64,000 bases of DNA from Dipteris shenzhenensis (Eukaryota): the NCBI GenBank assembly GCA_047967505.1, contig CM106538.1; one strand, 5' to 3'. A model generated the notes under the pieces. It had not been told where the DNA came from and searched no databases. It saw nothing but the letters and a program-made list of their open reading frames with translations. Shown one piece after another: positions 37,801-50,151 of this stretch. The first letter of the stretch is position 1. The number at the start of each line of letters is the position of its first letter. The position numbers and the translations under genes were made by a program.

Positions 37801-38265
37801 GAACACATGTGCACACATAACAAATATATAAATATACATTTATTCTCGGGTTGACCGAAGTCAACGCTCGTGATCATAATTAAGGGCTTTGACCAAGGGT
37901 TGGGGCGCCTTAATTATAGTCAAGTCTCTCCAACCGAAGTTGGCACAACTCTCCAACCGAAGTTGGCTCAACTTGGTTAACTGTAGTTAACCCTCTTGGC
38001 GCATGCCAAATCTCGTTGACCAAAGTCAACACTCTTTGACCGTAGTCAGCTCTGTGGTTCTTTGGTTAACCGCAGTTAACTCTCTTGGTAATATACCAAG
38101 TCTCCCCGACCGAAGTCAGGTTTACTTGACCAGAGTCAAGTATCTTTGACCGTAGTCAATTCTCTGACCATTAAAAGAACTCTTTGACCATAATTAACCT
38201 AGATGGAAACTCTTTAATTATGATCAAATAAATGGTCAACTGTACTTTGACTTAGGACATTTACA
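31860..38265 (-). mobile_element. Solo or partial LTR in reverse orientation, split by element D
   Basis: Minus-strand start TGTAAATGTCC at 38265, repeat array next to it, minus-strand aataaa near 31913-31918; left boundary uncertain. Confidence 0.5.
32221..37732 (+). mobile_element. Full-length Ty1/copia element 'D' (5512 bp)
   Basis: LTRs 32221-32942 and 37013-37732 (about 40 differences counted by eye); TSD AATTG on both sides; PBS 32943-32954; PPT gagggggg; disrupted gag-pol 33013-36982. Confidence 0.98.
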
Positions 38266-41200
38266 TTATGGTGACACCTCCCATCCGTACACTTCTGTCC
38301 ATACACAGGCGTTGATCACCGTCCGTACAAGCGTACGGCGCCGTATAGCCTGTTGTACTGCCGTACTACAGTACGGTTGTCCATACCATACTGCAGGCTC
38401 CTGTGGATATTCTGTACTGTCAGCTCCCCGCACGTGTGACGCCTGTCATCGTTGTAGCTTTGTACGATTTCGTCGGTTCCGTCGTACAGTCATCCGTACA
38501 CTATAGGGATTTCGTCGTATAGTCATCCGCACATTGACCGTACACTGACAGTTCTGTAGTGTCAGCTCGGTGCAGGCTGAATGTGTCCGTACAGTTCCGT
38601 TGCAGGGCTTTTTGGGCAGACATTGGAGCTGGTTTGTAGGTGTTGAAAACAGTTAGGGCATTTGCAATTACACTGCAATTTTTGCAGTGAAATTTGGGGC
38701 TTCTGCAAGCAGAGTGCAAATTGTGCAACATTTGGGGCTTTTAGACCATTTGTCCTCTTTTGTATGCAATTTCCCACAAGAAATTGGGGCTTTTGCATTT
38801 GGGTTGCAATTTTGCAGGTAAAAGAGCATTTTGGAAGTTTGCAAGCATTTTTGGACTTAGTACAAGTCAATTTGCAGAATTTTGCCACTTTTTGCAGATT
38901 CTATTTGCAGATTTTGGGGCATTCAGCAGAGCATTGTGGTGCATTTTGAGCCTTTGATAGGCTATGATAGTATTTGTCACTGCGGGCAGATTTTCTTTGC
39001 AGATTTTACTTGTGCATTTTGCATCCTGGGAAGGGATTTTACTTGTTCAGTTTGCTGTTTTTTCTGAGTTTATCTGGCAACAATGGCTCAGAACAACCCC
39101 AATGAGGTGTTCGGAGTCCTCACACAGGAGGATAAGTTGGATGGCACCAACTACTCCTTGTGGAGCTTTATGGTTTGCAATATCTTGGTTGGCAGACATC
39201 TTTGGGACTATGTCAATGGAGATGAAGCGAGACCAGATACAGTGGCCACACCTGTCACTCCTACCGCTGGAGGCAGGGGTAGAGGTCAAAATGCAGCACA
39301 AGTAGTTGGAGCTGCCGCTCCAGGAGCTCCCACAGCAGAGCAGAAAAGATGGGATTCTAGAGATGCACAAGCTCTATCAGTGATTTCTCTCTCTGTCAAG
39401 GGGTTCATTATACCTCACATTCAGTCATGCGAGACATCAAAGGCAGCTTGGGAGATACTAGAGAGTATGTTTGCAGCAAGAAATGATGCCAGAGTTTCCT
39501 TTATGAAGTGAGAGCTTTCTCATACGCATATGGATGAGGGAGATTCCACGAATTCTCACGTCACAAAGCTTTAGGATTTGAGGGAGCAACTGTTGAATAT
39601 TGATGAAGTCATTTAGAGATGATTACCACCACTCTGAATTCTCTTCCTGAGTCCTATATCGGTTTCCACACTTCGCTGAATTTGTCATTGAGGAGGGACA
39701 GCAATCCTCTCTCTTTTCACGAGTTGGTAGAACTTCTGTTGCGGGAGGAGCAGACATGAAGAAATATGGCAACCCGGGCTGGCGAGCATGGCATGCTTTC
39801 CAAGTTCAAGCCTAAGGGAAAAGGGCAGCAAAAGCAACATGCCAATCAGCCCTCACATCAACATAAAGATTCAAGACAGCCCTCTTATAAGGCTAAGGGT
39901 GATGCAAATAAGCAGAAAAAGAAGGGCATTTGTCACTAATGCAAGATGCCAGGTCATTATATTGGAGAATGCAAGAAGCGCATAGCTAAAGAGAAGAAAA
40001 GGGATTCAGGTGTGGTTGTCTCAGATGCATCAGCTTCTCATTCACATGATGGGGGAGATGTTGCAGCCAACTTTGTGGAAGAGCACTATGCTATTCTGTC
40101 TTGCACTTTAGATTTTACAGTGGGTAGTTCAGTTGCTACAACCACTAATGATGATGATCCTTATGCTTTCTTGACTTGCAGTTATGATCCTTCAAAAGAT
40201 GCATGCTCTCTCAGTGTCAATGAGACACTGAATACTTGGTATTTTGACAGTGGTGCTTCAAAGCACATCACTTTCAAGAAGAGTCTTTTTTCATCTTTGC
40301 ATTCTCCACCTACCAAAAAGGTGACTTGTGCAAATAATTCTTCTTATTCAGTGTGTGGAGTGGGGGACATTATTCTCACATTCACTAATGGCACATATTT
40401 CAGAATTTCAGATGTTCTCTATGTTCCAGGCATAAAGAAGAATTTGATTTCAGTGTCCTCTCTTAATAGAGGAGGATTTCAGGTTGTATTTGATGATGCT
40501 AAGTGTGCAATCAGAGACAAAGAGAATGACTATGCTTTGATGTTGTCTGGCACTTTGTATCGGGGTCTTTTTCAGCTTGATTTATATCCGATCATGCATT
40601 TTCAGTAAGCACTCCTACTGTTGTGACGCAAAATGCGGAGTTATGGCATGCTAGGTATGGGCACATGAGCTATGGCAGCTTAATGACACTACAGAAGCAT
40701 GATATGGTTGATGCATTGCCTCCGTTAGAGTCATTTCCTCCTCATTCATGTAAGGGTTGCATCCTTGGCAAGATGCATAGATTTCCTTTCAAGAAGGATG
40801 GTGCAGTGAAAGTTACATGCAAATTACAGCTTATTCACAATGATGTCTGCGGTCCCATGAGGACACCTGCTTTTGGGGGTTATCTTTATTATGTTACATT
40901 CATAGATGACTTCATCAACTACACTTGGGTCTATGGTCTTAAGGCAAAATCATAAGTGTTTATGCATTTCAAACACTTTGTGGCTATGGTTGAGAATGAG
41001 ACAAGACTCAAGGTGCAGACACTTCGCACAGATCGAGGGGGGGAGTATATGTCTCATGAGTTTGAGGCATTTTTGGAGGAGGAAGGCATCACGCATCAGC
41101 TTACAGTGAGGCTTACATCTCAACAGAATGGCAAAGATGAGCGGAAGAATCACATTCTTATGGAGATGGATAGATGCATGCTTACTAGTAAAAAGTTGCC

Positions 41201-43402
41201 TCACAGGTTTTGGCTTGAAGGCCTCATGTGTGCCAACTATGTTTTGAATCGGGCTCCCACAAAGGCTTTCAAGACAATTACTCCCTATGAGGCTTGGCAT
41301 GGGAGAAAGCCTTGTGTGGACCATTTCAGAGTTTTTTGTTGTGTTGCATATGCCCACGTGGCTGTGGAGTTTCGACACAAGTTGTCAGATAAGGCACTTT
41401 AATGCATTTTTGTGGGGTATATAGTTCACAAAGCAAAGGCTATTGTCTCTACAATCCTGCTTCACGCAAGATTTTTGTTAGTAGAGACGTTATATTCTCT
41501 GAAAATTCAGCACATACACATGCTGAATTTCAGATTCCAGCTTCTTCAGATGATGTTTTTGAGGGGATGCTTCCTATAGCATTTGGTTCCCCAGTTGAGG
41601 TTCATGCTGAAAATCAGAACTTACAGCAACCTCCTCTTGATCCATATGCCCCGATTCAACCACCGGTTGATTTTGTATCTCCACAGGGTGTGCATGAAGT
41701 TGTCAGGCAAGAGATTCAAGAGATACACTCAGCCAAAATAGTCCCGAATTGGTTGCTACAGACTCTCAGGGAGAGTAGGCTTGAGGCCCGATTGCCTGGT
41801 AGGACTCGTAGTGCGGTAAGGCACGCAGGGGGGGCTCTTTCAGTTGAGACAGCTTATGCAGGGACTCTTCTTGATGAAGAGGAGCCTGACTCTTTTTAAG
41901 AAGCAAAGGATAATGTGCATGCATAATGAGTTGCAGTCCATTGAGAAAAATCAAACTTGGGATGTTGTGGATTTGCCACCAGGTAAGCATGCCATTGGTA
42001 CCAAGTGGGTTTTCAAGGTAAAAAGAAGCCAGATGGGTCTATTGACAAGTACAAGGCAAGGCTGGTTGCCAAAGGCTATGCATAGAAGACTTTTGCTCCT
42101 ACATCCTGAATGACCACCATGCGGTCAGTTATTGTAATGGCTGCAAATTTTGTATGGAATGTCCATCAGTTGGACATAAAAACAGCTTCCCTTAATGGGG
42201 ACTTGCAGGAAGAGTTTTATGTCAAACAACCTCCTGGATTTGAACTTTCTGGCAATGCACTTCAGGTTTGCAAGCTTAACAAAGCTTTATATGGGCTGAA
42301 ACAAGCCCCACGTGCATGGTATGCCAAGATAGATGCATTCCTGGCAAGTAAAGGATTACATAATAGTCCCACGGAAAGCACTCTCTACATCAAGAAGGAT
42401 GGGGGGGATATTTTGGTCATCATTCTTTATGTAGATGACATGCTGCTCACAGGGTCAAATGAGGATATAATTGCAGATTTTAAGGCTGAGTTGAAAGCTG
42501 AATTTGACATGATAGATTTGGGCATGCCAAATTTTTATTTGGGGATCCAGTTTATACAAGACAAGCGTGGCATCGTTATGTCTCAATCCAAGTATGTGTT
42601 CCACATGCATGATTGTAAGCCTATAGCCACTCCCGTGGAGCCAGGGCTGAAGCTTACTATGTATGATGCAGTTGAATCAGTGGATGTCACACTTTACAGC
42701 CAGGCTGTTGGATGCCTCATCTACTTATGCAATACATGGCCCGATATTTAGTATGCAATATCTCAGGTGAGCAGATATATGCACAGCCCAAAGACAACAC
42801 ATTGGCAGGCAGTAAAATGCATCTTTCGTAAGGCATAAAGTCTTATGGCTTGATGTTTCCCGGGGGGTGACTTATAGATGCATGATTACAGTGATTCAGA
42901 TTGGGCTGGAGACTATGATACCAGGCAGTTCACTAGTGGTAATTGTTTGTTTTTGGGAAAAGCTTGCATTTCTTGGCTAAGCAAGAAGCAATCTACAGTG
43001 GCTACTTTCTCATGTGAAGCTGAGTACATGGTAGCTTTCACAGCGACAGTTGAGTGTGTTTGGCTATGACGTTTGTTCGCTTATCTTCATCTCTTATCGG
43101 AGGGTCCATCTCCAATTCTCACTGATAGTCAGAGTGCTATAGCAGTGGCAAAGAATCCTGTGTTTCATGCTCGCACGAAGCACATTGAGGTTCATTATCA
43201 GTATGTCAGAGAAAAGTGTAGGCTATCTCATGGGCTATCCATAGATGCCACTTATACCTTGGTATGAGCCTTGTAGGCCTAGTTATAGTCAATTAGGACT
43301 ATATCCATTCCTTCAGCCATTGACAGCTTTCTCAAGCTGTTTGTCAGCCTTTTGAGCTCTCATTCTTACTGATTTGCTTAGTTTTTCGAGGTTTTCTATA
43401 CA
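38266..43402 (+). mobile_element. Copia element 'E': leader, disrupted gag-pol 39083-43267, LTR-like 3' remnant
   Basis: KLDGTNYSLW, WYFDSGAS, LRTDRGGEY, YVDD, TKHIEVHY; related to B; no intact LTR pair. Confidence 0.9.
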
Positions 43403-44958
43403 TCTGTGAGGACTTGTGACCTCCTAGAGTATTTCTGTCGCGGGAACGCCACGTAAAACTAATCAGGGGGCAAGTTCCAGGCAAAACCAGAAACGGCCGC
43501 ACCTGGGCTCGTGTAGATGTTCAACGAGGCACCCCGATTCTGAAAAGAATACATGAAACCCTATTTTGGCGCGGAAAATCGGTGCACTTACTGCACATTT
43601 ATTGCTCGCAGCATCTGTACAGAATTCCGTACACGCTGAATTCCATACTCCTGGATGTCAGTAAGCATTTACTGCAGTACGGAGCTGCCTTGGGGTACAT
43701 GTCAGTTACATTGAAGGTTTCTCAGCATTTCGGAGCTGCCTCGAGCTGCGTGCCGGCGTTTGGAGCCATTTGGAGCTGCTGAATTGATCCGGAGAGTGCT
43801 CTCTGAGCCTTTCGCTCCTCATTTGGCATCCCTTTGCCTCAGGTTGCGAGCTTCTCTCCATTGGATCCCTTTCTCTCCATATCTACGTGCTCTCCTCCTC
43901 ATGGGAGCACTTCCTTTGCTGTAATTCTCATTTCCAGCCCTCATTTGCTCGCTTTCAGAGCCTGTCAGTGCTGTACATCATTGGGTAAGTCGTTGTTGCA
44001 TTGGCTTTTTCCAATTTTTGCTTCATTTGCATTTTGGAAAGGCCTCGTGTTGCCTTGGAAGGCCTCGTGTTGCCCTTGGGGATTTTTCTTGCAATAGGTA
44101 CACCTTGGGACAGCAGAGTCTTTTGCAGACATAAGCTTTGAAGCTTGGGCAGATTTTTAGCACTTGATTCTAAGAGGTTGCCTTTCTCTCATTTGCTTTG
44201 CCAGTTGGTGCATTTGCCTTGTATTTCAGCACCATGTCTGGTGGCAAAAATGATTTGTTTGGGCAGATTGGGGCCGATGACAAGCTTGATGGCACCAATT
44301 ATCCCATGTGGTCGTACATGATGGGACATGTTTTGGTTGCCAAGAATCTATGACATATTGTTTCAGGTTTTGAGGCTAGGCCTACATGCACTGTTACTGG
44401 TGCTACACCTACAGCCTCTGCTTCTTCAGGTGATGGTTCTACTGCTATAGCCAGGACTCCTACACCTCCTGCTCCAAGTGCTTTGCCTCCTTCACAGGAG
44501 AAAATTCAGTGGGATGGTCGTGATGCCAAAGCACGTGCCTTGATTGCTCTTTCAGTGAAACGGGTTATTATTCCTCATATTCGGTCTTGCAAGATAGCTA
44601 AGCAAGCATGGGATTAGCTTGCATCTTTGTGTCAGGTGCGGAATGAGGTGAGGGTTGCCTATTTCCGTAGGCAGTTGAAAAATTTAAAGCTTGATGAGGG
44701 TGGTAACATGGATATATTCTAAGCAGTGGCCAATGTAATGTAACAAGCGGGTTAGGGGCACTTTTCCCTCTTAGAGGTTTTTCCTCCTAACCACAGTCTA
44801 ATCTCTAACTACGGTTAGTGATTAGATAGGGTTTTGTCACTTAGACAAAACCCTCATCTTTGTCATTGTACTACACTTCATTTTGGTACACTTTCGGGAG
44901 TGACCTACGTTCAGCCCACTCTCCATTTTGCTCACTCGTGCTCTCTTCCATTTCTACG

Positions 44959-45700
44959 AGATCGAGAGGTTGAGTCGGAGGAGCATTTTATTTTCAGGTG
45001 TCTAGTGTACTACGAGATCTGAGGTCGCTACCATTGCCTCTTCAGAGACAGCTCCGGGCTCCTTTCTAGATTCCTCGCCTACCCAGATCAGAGATGCCTC
45101 GCGGCCTTCATTCATGAGGGGGTCCGACACAGAGAGTACTTACTCAGGCGACAGGGCTTGGCCACATCATCAGACACCTCTCAGAGCAAGATCACAGAGT
45201 TCTTCCCATTGAGTGACATTGATCGTCGAGTCTCTAGCCGCAGACGTGACAGAGACCTTGACCCGACGACTGTAGCACGACACACGAGACATTGAGGGGA
45301 CACATAGATCACTCTGGGGGACCTCCCGTCATTGTTTAGACCCGGGATACGTCCCACGGGAGTCATGGTGGCTCTGGTCTTGCGTCGAGCCTCGTCCAGG
45401 AGACCGAGACGTACAGCACCCCTTGACGGGCACCAGCGTCCCATCACCGGCTATGCACCAGCTAGGGCGACATGACATATGGAGGATTTTGCTCCACTCC
45501 AGTCCTTTTCTTTTCATTGTTACATCCAGATGTATTTGATTTGATTATGTATGATCAGACTTAGGATCCAGCATGGGTGATGATGCTCGTTTCAGTAGCT
45601 CCATCCTTACTGTGATTTGTATCAGGTTTTCTTTCAGTCTCATAGACCCATCGGTCTTCTGAAGACTCTAATAAAATTTCTTTCTTTTCTTTTCTTTCTC
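44959..45700 (+). mobile_element. 3' fragment of RTEX-like LINE, same family as 893-1749
   Basis: EVESEEHFIFRCLVYYEI; ctcatagacccatcggtcttctgaagac, aataaa, CT-rich tail. Confidence 0.85.
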
Positions 45701-46370
45701 ACAAGATTTAGATAGCTTGCCTCCAGACTGAACATAAAAGACCAAGGCATCCTCATTTGATTGTTGTATTGTTGACCTAAAATGGAATACCTGACCTCAT
45801 GAAAGCCCCTCTTCAAGTAGAGCAAGAAATAGGCCTGCATGTGAATCATCTCAATCCATGGGTATGGCTGCATCAATCTGCTGAATTCTCCCTATAATTC
45901 CTCTGAGGTGACTTACTAATTGTAATTTATGGTCCTTTGGAAGTTTTCTGAAAGCCTTCCAGGATCCCACAAAAGAGGCAAGGCTTCCCTCCCATCTAGA
46001 CCACTGCAATGGCCTGCCATGCTCATCAAGGATGCTATCATTCCACATGACAGTACGCTGTCTATCAATCTTTTCCAAAGAGCAACGGGGGATTCTATGA
46101 AGAGTACTTCTGAAGCTGTCCCAAGCTTTCAGGATAGCAGCCATAAGAATGGTCTGACTCAAGTTGGAGCACCAACAATTCTCAAAACAATATGGTGGCA
46201 GGAATGTTGCTATGGTTGGATACCAAGGGCAAGGAAACATCTTCTCGGCCACACTAGAAAAAAAAGGCCAAAGAAAATTTTAAGGGCAAAAATATCCGAG
46301 TAGGAGGACCACTAGATGCACATCTCCTTAGGAAGCAGTGACCATTTTTGTTTTCTCCACTTTTGAGATC
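45700..46370 (-). mobile_element. Degenerate L1-like remnant
   Basis: ORF 45851-46252 with Trp-rich post-RT character; homologous to 8540-8700. Confidence 0.5.
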
Positions 46371-46473
46371 CCAGCCACAATGTGGAGAAGACTTGGAAAT
46401 TAAGTGAAGTAGACAAAGTTAAAACTTAATAGTTTGTTTCCACACCATTGAAAGTAGACATGCAACCTTCAGG

Positions 46474-47019
46474 AAAAAGGCAATGTTAAAAGCCACTGCT
46501 TTTTAATGGATGAATACCGCACCAAAGTGCAAACCAAGTACAAAATGAAGGTGCGAAACTATTTGCGGATGCCAAGGGAAAACATAAATAGGTGTTTGCT
46601 AAGAGGGCAAGGTACACTCAGGGACTTGACAATCTAGTGGATATACGTAGAAGTGTGGAATTGCAATGGCACTCTTATGTCAGATTTTGGGAACCTTTCT
46701 GATAAAAACAAAGGGTCACAGGCCAACAGTAGATATCCTTTGAAGTAAAAGGGCAATAGTAAAAGGCATTTAATTTTTAATGGGTGAAGACTGCACCAAA
46801 ATGCAGCCAGTACAAAATGAAGGTGCGAAACAATCAATGGATGCCAAGGGAAAAGATAAATGGGCTCTTTGCTAAGAGAGCAAGGTACACATCAGGGACT
46901 TGACAAATTAGTGGAATATATGTACCAGTGTGGAATTGCAATGGCACTCTTCTGTCAGATTTTGGGAACCTTTTTTATAAAACTAAGGGTCATATGCCAA
47001 CAGTAGATATCCTTTGAAG
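46474..47019. repeat. Diverged tandem duplication, 2 x ~272 bp
   Basis: 46474-46745 and 46746-47019 share gtacaaaatgaaggtgcgaaac, gtgtggaattgcaatggcactctt and gccaacagtagatatcctttgaag. Confidence 0.92.
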
Positions 47020-48059
47020 ACATAGGTAAGGCAAGGCCTTTCTTACTCAGTAGGCAGCATTACATTGCCTGATCCTTAGCTTCGATAGGAGATCATCTAT
47101 AGGTAGATCAGTTGGATACTCTATGTTCATTGTCTCAGAAGACGCGGGCAACTCGGCAGCCTACTTGAGAGGATGGCACACTTCAGCCTATTTGAGTCAC
47201 GTTGCACTACTGTTGTGCTTATTTTTGATTTGTTGGTTTTAGTGAGTGGGAGAAGTGCACAGGCTTTCCCTGTGATATTTTTATAACTGTACTCTACTTC
47301 GTCTTATAGGCTGTTTTGGTGTTCTGAAGGCATTAATGAACTTTTCTTTCTCAAGTTGATTACGGCACGTTTGAATTGTTCACATATTGTTGGTAAATAT
47401 GCCAGAACTGTTTCCTTGCCATCTTTTTGTAACTATTGTCTCGTAGGTTATATTGTCAGACGAATTCTTTAGGCCATTGCTGAAACTTAACTTTTTGGTT
47501 GCAGCTTGCAATGCTATTTTCCGCTGAGTATAAGAAGTCATGGTCATCGTGTTTTGTCCTATAGGACAAACAACTTCTGGAATGAGATCTTGCTTGGTTA
47601 TTCGTGTGTATTTCCTCTGGGGATAATGAAAGCATATGGGGCTATAAGTAGTGTTTATTTACATGTCTGCTGATTATGGAGATGTCACTGACTGTGACTG
47701 TTCGTGACTCTTGTCCATGGAATTTTTTTTTGAGCTGGTGTCATAAAAAGGCACAGCAGAGTTTGTTTTGGATATTTCTTCATCTATGAATACGACACTG
47801 AATGATTCAATTACTCTTTTCTCTTAAGACTTGGAATGTGCAAACTAAGTGTGGTTGGTCAAATAAGGACTTCAACTGAGGGTCCAGGCCACAACGTTTA
47901 AGAGACCTCTATTTTCCTGCAAGCAGGAATTTTCTTCTTTCATTAAGAATTTGCAAGGAAAGATTCTAATTCACCTAAGAATTTGCAGGGAGGCTTAAGT
48001 ATTTATTTTGTTAAGTATTCTAATTTACCTAAGAATTCTTGTCTGTACACGTTTTGCAG

Positions 48060-48130
48060 CTGAATCTGATGGGGAGTCAGCAGAGAGTAGTGAAGATTTG
48101 AAGATTTGCATAGTTTGTGGCTCTGATGAT
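48060..48130 (+). CDS. FGT1: FGT1 exon n (ESDGESAESSEDLKICIVCGSDD), start of PHD finger
   Basis: ttttgcag| ... GAT|gtaagg, 71 bp; first CxxC. Confidence 0.9.
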
Positions 48131-48241
48131 GTAAGGTTATTAGCTTGTTTTTCTGTGATACAAATTTGAAGTGTCCATCTTTGTTCAATTTGCGTGCGGG
48201 CATATTTGGTATTGAGGCCTGATCAATTGTGGTGCTAACAG

Positions 48242-48411
48242 GTCACAAAGCTTGTCATAGACTGTATTGATTGTGGATCATCAGTGCATCATGGATGTCT
48301 CCCGTCGCCAATGTCAATTCCAGTCAATGATTGGAGGTGTCCTTCTTGCGAAGCAGCTCAAAGCAATTATCTGAAAGCCCAGCGTGCATACATGTCTGAG
48401 CTTCAACTAAG
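48242..48411 (+). CDS. FGT1: FGT1 exon o, PHD finger (CIDC..HHGC..WRCPSC)
   Basis: ctaacag| ... AG|gtaaag, 170 bp; completes the C4-H-C3 pattern. Confidence 0.92.
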
Positions 48412-48518
48412 GTAAAGATAGTTGTTTCCATGTATGCTACCTCCAAAGTAAAATCTAATGAGTTGGGGCTTGCTATATGTTGTTGGGCTTGAATCAATAC
48501 AATTGGTATTTTAATCAG

Positions 48519-48612
48519 GTACGAAAAGGCACAAGACAGGAAAGCCAAGTGCTTGGATGCCATCAGGTCTTTAGATCTACCAAACAATCCACTTGATGAC
48601 ATTATTGATCAG
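48519..48612 (+). CDS. FGT1: FGT1 exon p (YEKAQDRK...SLDLPNNPLDDIIDQ)
   Basis: aatcag| ... CAG|gtatgc, 94 bp. Confidence 0.95.
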
Positions 48613-50151
48613 GTATGCTGCAATCATCCTGTAAAGTTGATCTAAGAGACGGTTGTAAAATGCACAGAGTGGTGTGAAGTACATACCATGCTACTGTTCA
48701 ACATAGTCTGAGGTATTTCAGCTTACAAGAGCCTGTGAGATACAAAAGTTGGATAATTGACTTGAGTGTCCATGGAGGAGGTCTTGGTCAAGACAGAGAA
48801 CCCACAGTATGCTCTTTCAGTGTTACCAGAATCGTTTCAATAAACATTTCATGAATGCTTTCATAGATTTCAACAGAAGCGTTTCGAAATTTTGATAGGA
48901 GCTTTACCTAGAAACACACTTTATTTATCAATGTAAAATACATAGTATATATAGCATATAGAGTATTGTATACATAATTATTCATATATAATGTTGTCAA
49001 AGAAATCTCAGCAGCAGTGCACAATAAAATCAATAAAATCACCAGGGCTGCCAATACTTGGGTTCTACGTATAGGAGGACTGCCTGAGGGCTAGCATGAT
49101 AGGAGCATAAAAGAAAAGATTCATTACATCAAGGAAAAAGTCCCCCACATTGAGTCCCACGAGTGGGACTTAGAAGCTATAGCTTGTGTCGTCCAGTAAT
49201 TTTCAATGGTCAGGTTGAGCCAATGGTCAGTCTTGATTACATACAGTTGACTGCTGGGACCATGTACACATGGAGATACACCACCTACACACATGAGAGG
49301 CAGAGCAGGATCGTCTCATCCATAGTCTGAGCTAGGAGATATCACAGTTTCGTAAGGAGGTGGTAGCCGTGGTGACAGCCCTTTGCAGTGGGCCAGCAGT
49401 TAAGGCAATTGAGGCATAGATAGCCACCATGTAGTCAGCCATTGCAGAGACTTCTAGGTGGGTGGATGTCGCGAAAGGGGAGCTTGCGAAGACCACCGTT
49501 TCAGCCACCATTTTGGAGCAGCAGCAGAGAGCTAGTAAGACTCTCAATATCAGAGTACGTGGCATTCATCGCATAGCTACTACTCCCATGGATGACACGA
49601 TTTGCTTCGTGAATTCCACCTTGGGAGTTCTGGAGCACGGGATCGAGGGAGCCTGGCGCATAGAATGGGACCCCAAACAAGAGCAACCTTTCATCATTTG
49701 CTTCAGAGACACCTAGGCCCGTCGCCTTGCGGCACTGCGTAGACGATCAACCTTCTGTGCCCACCCAAAGATCTACTTAGATGAGGACCTTACACCCCTT
49801 CAGGTGGAGGAAAGGGATACACTCATAGAGCAACGGGATGTCGCTTCTAAGGAGGGGAAGTGGGCAGTAGTCCGAGAGTTGTGGGATGTCACCCGTAAGG
49901 AGGGGAAGTGGGTAGTAGTTCGAGAGGTGCGGCTCTTGGTAGGTCCCCTACAGGCATCCAGTGGCCCCCCTACATAGAAGGGCAAGGTCTTTGAGATTCA
50001 GAGAACTAAGACCCTGACGTATAGTGTCTGGAACTGCAACGGTATTTTATGGTTAGGTCCAAGGAATTTCTCAGAGTCTTGCACAGGTCGAGAGATGGAT
50101 TTTTACATAGAGACACATCAGAGTCCAGAGCGCCCTTTGCTGATAGTTAGT

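Larger units (their letters stand above)
31330..44958 (+). mobile_element. Outer copia element 'C' (LTRs 31330-31613 and ~44713-44958) hosting nested insertions; gag remnant 44233-44712, pol deleted
   Basis: Two ~250-bp LTR copies align by eye; PBS TGGTATCAGAGC 31616-31627; MSGGKNDLFGQIGADDKLDGTNYPMW; possible TSD AGATT/AGATC. Confidence 0.82.
2975..48612 (+). other. FGT1: Partial gene span: Strawberry notch homologue / FORGETTER1 (SF2 helicase-like + PHD chromatin co-activator), 16 internal exons; gene extends beyond both window ends
   Basis: Sixteen GT-AG bounded exons with compatible phases join to 607 codons with no stop. The translation follows, from recall, Arabidopsis FGT1/EMB1135 from EVEREEDEGG to PNNPLDDIIDQ. 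The expected next exon (LGGP..VAEMTGR) was not seen before 64000. Confidence 0.96.

Noticed and set aside
37851-38255. CRISPR-like appearance of palindromic repeats with spacers
   Set aside because: Eukaryotic intron, 14-bp degenerate units, irregular spacing and no cas genes. Better explained as an LTR motif array.
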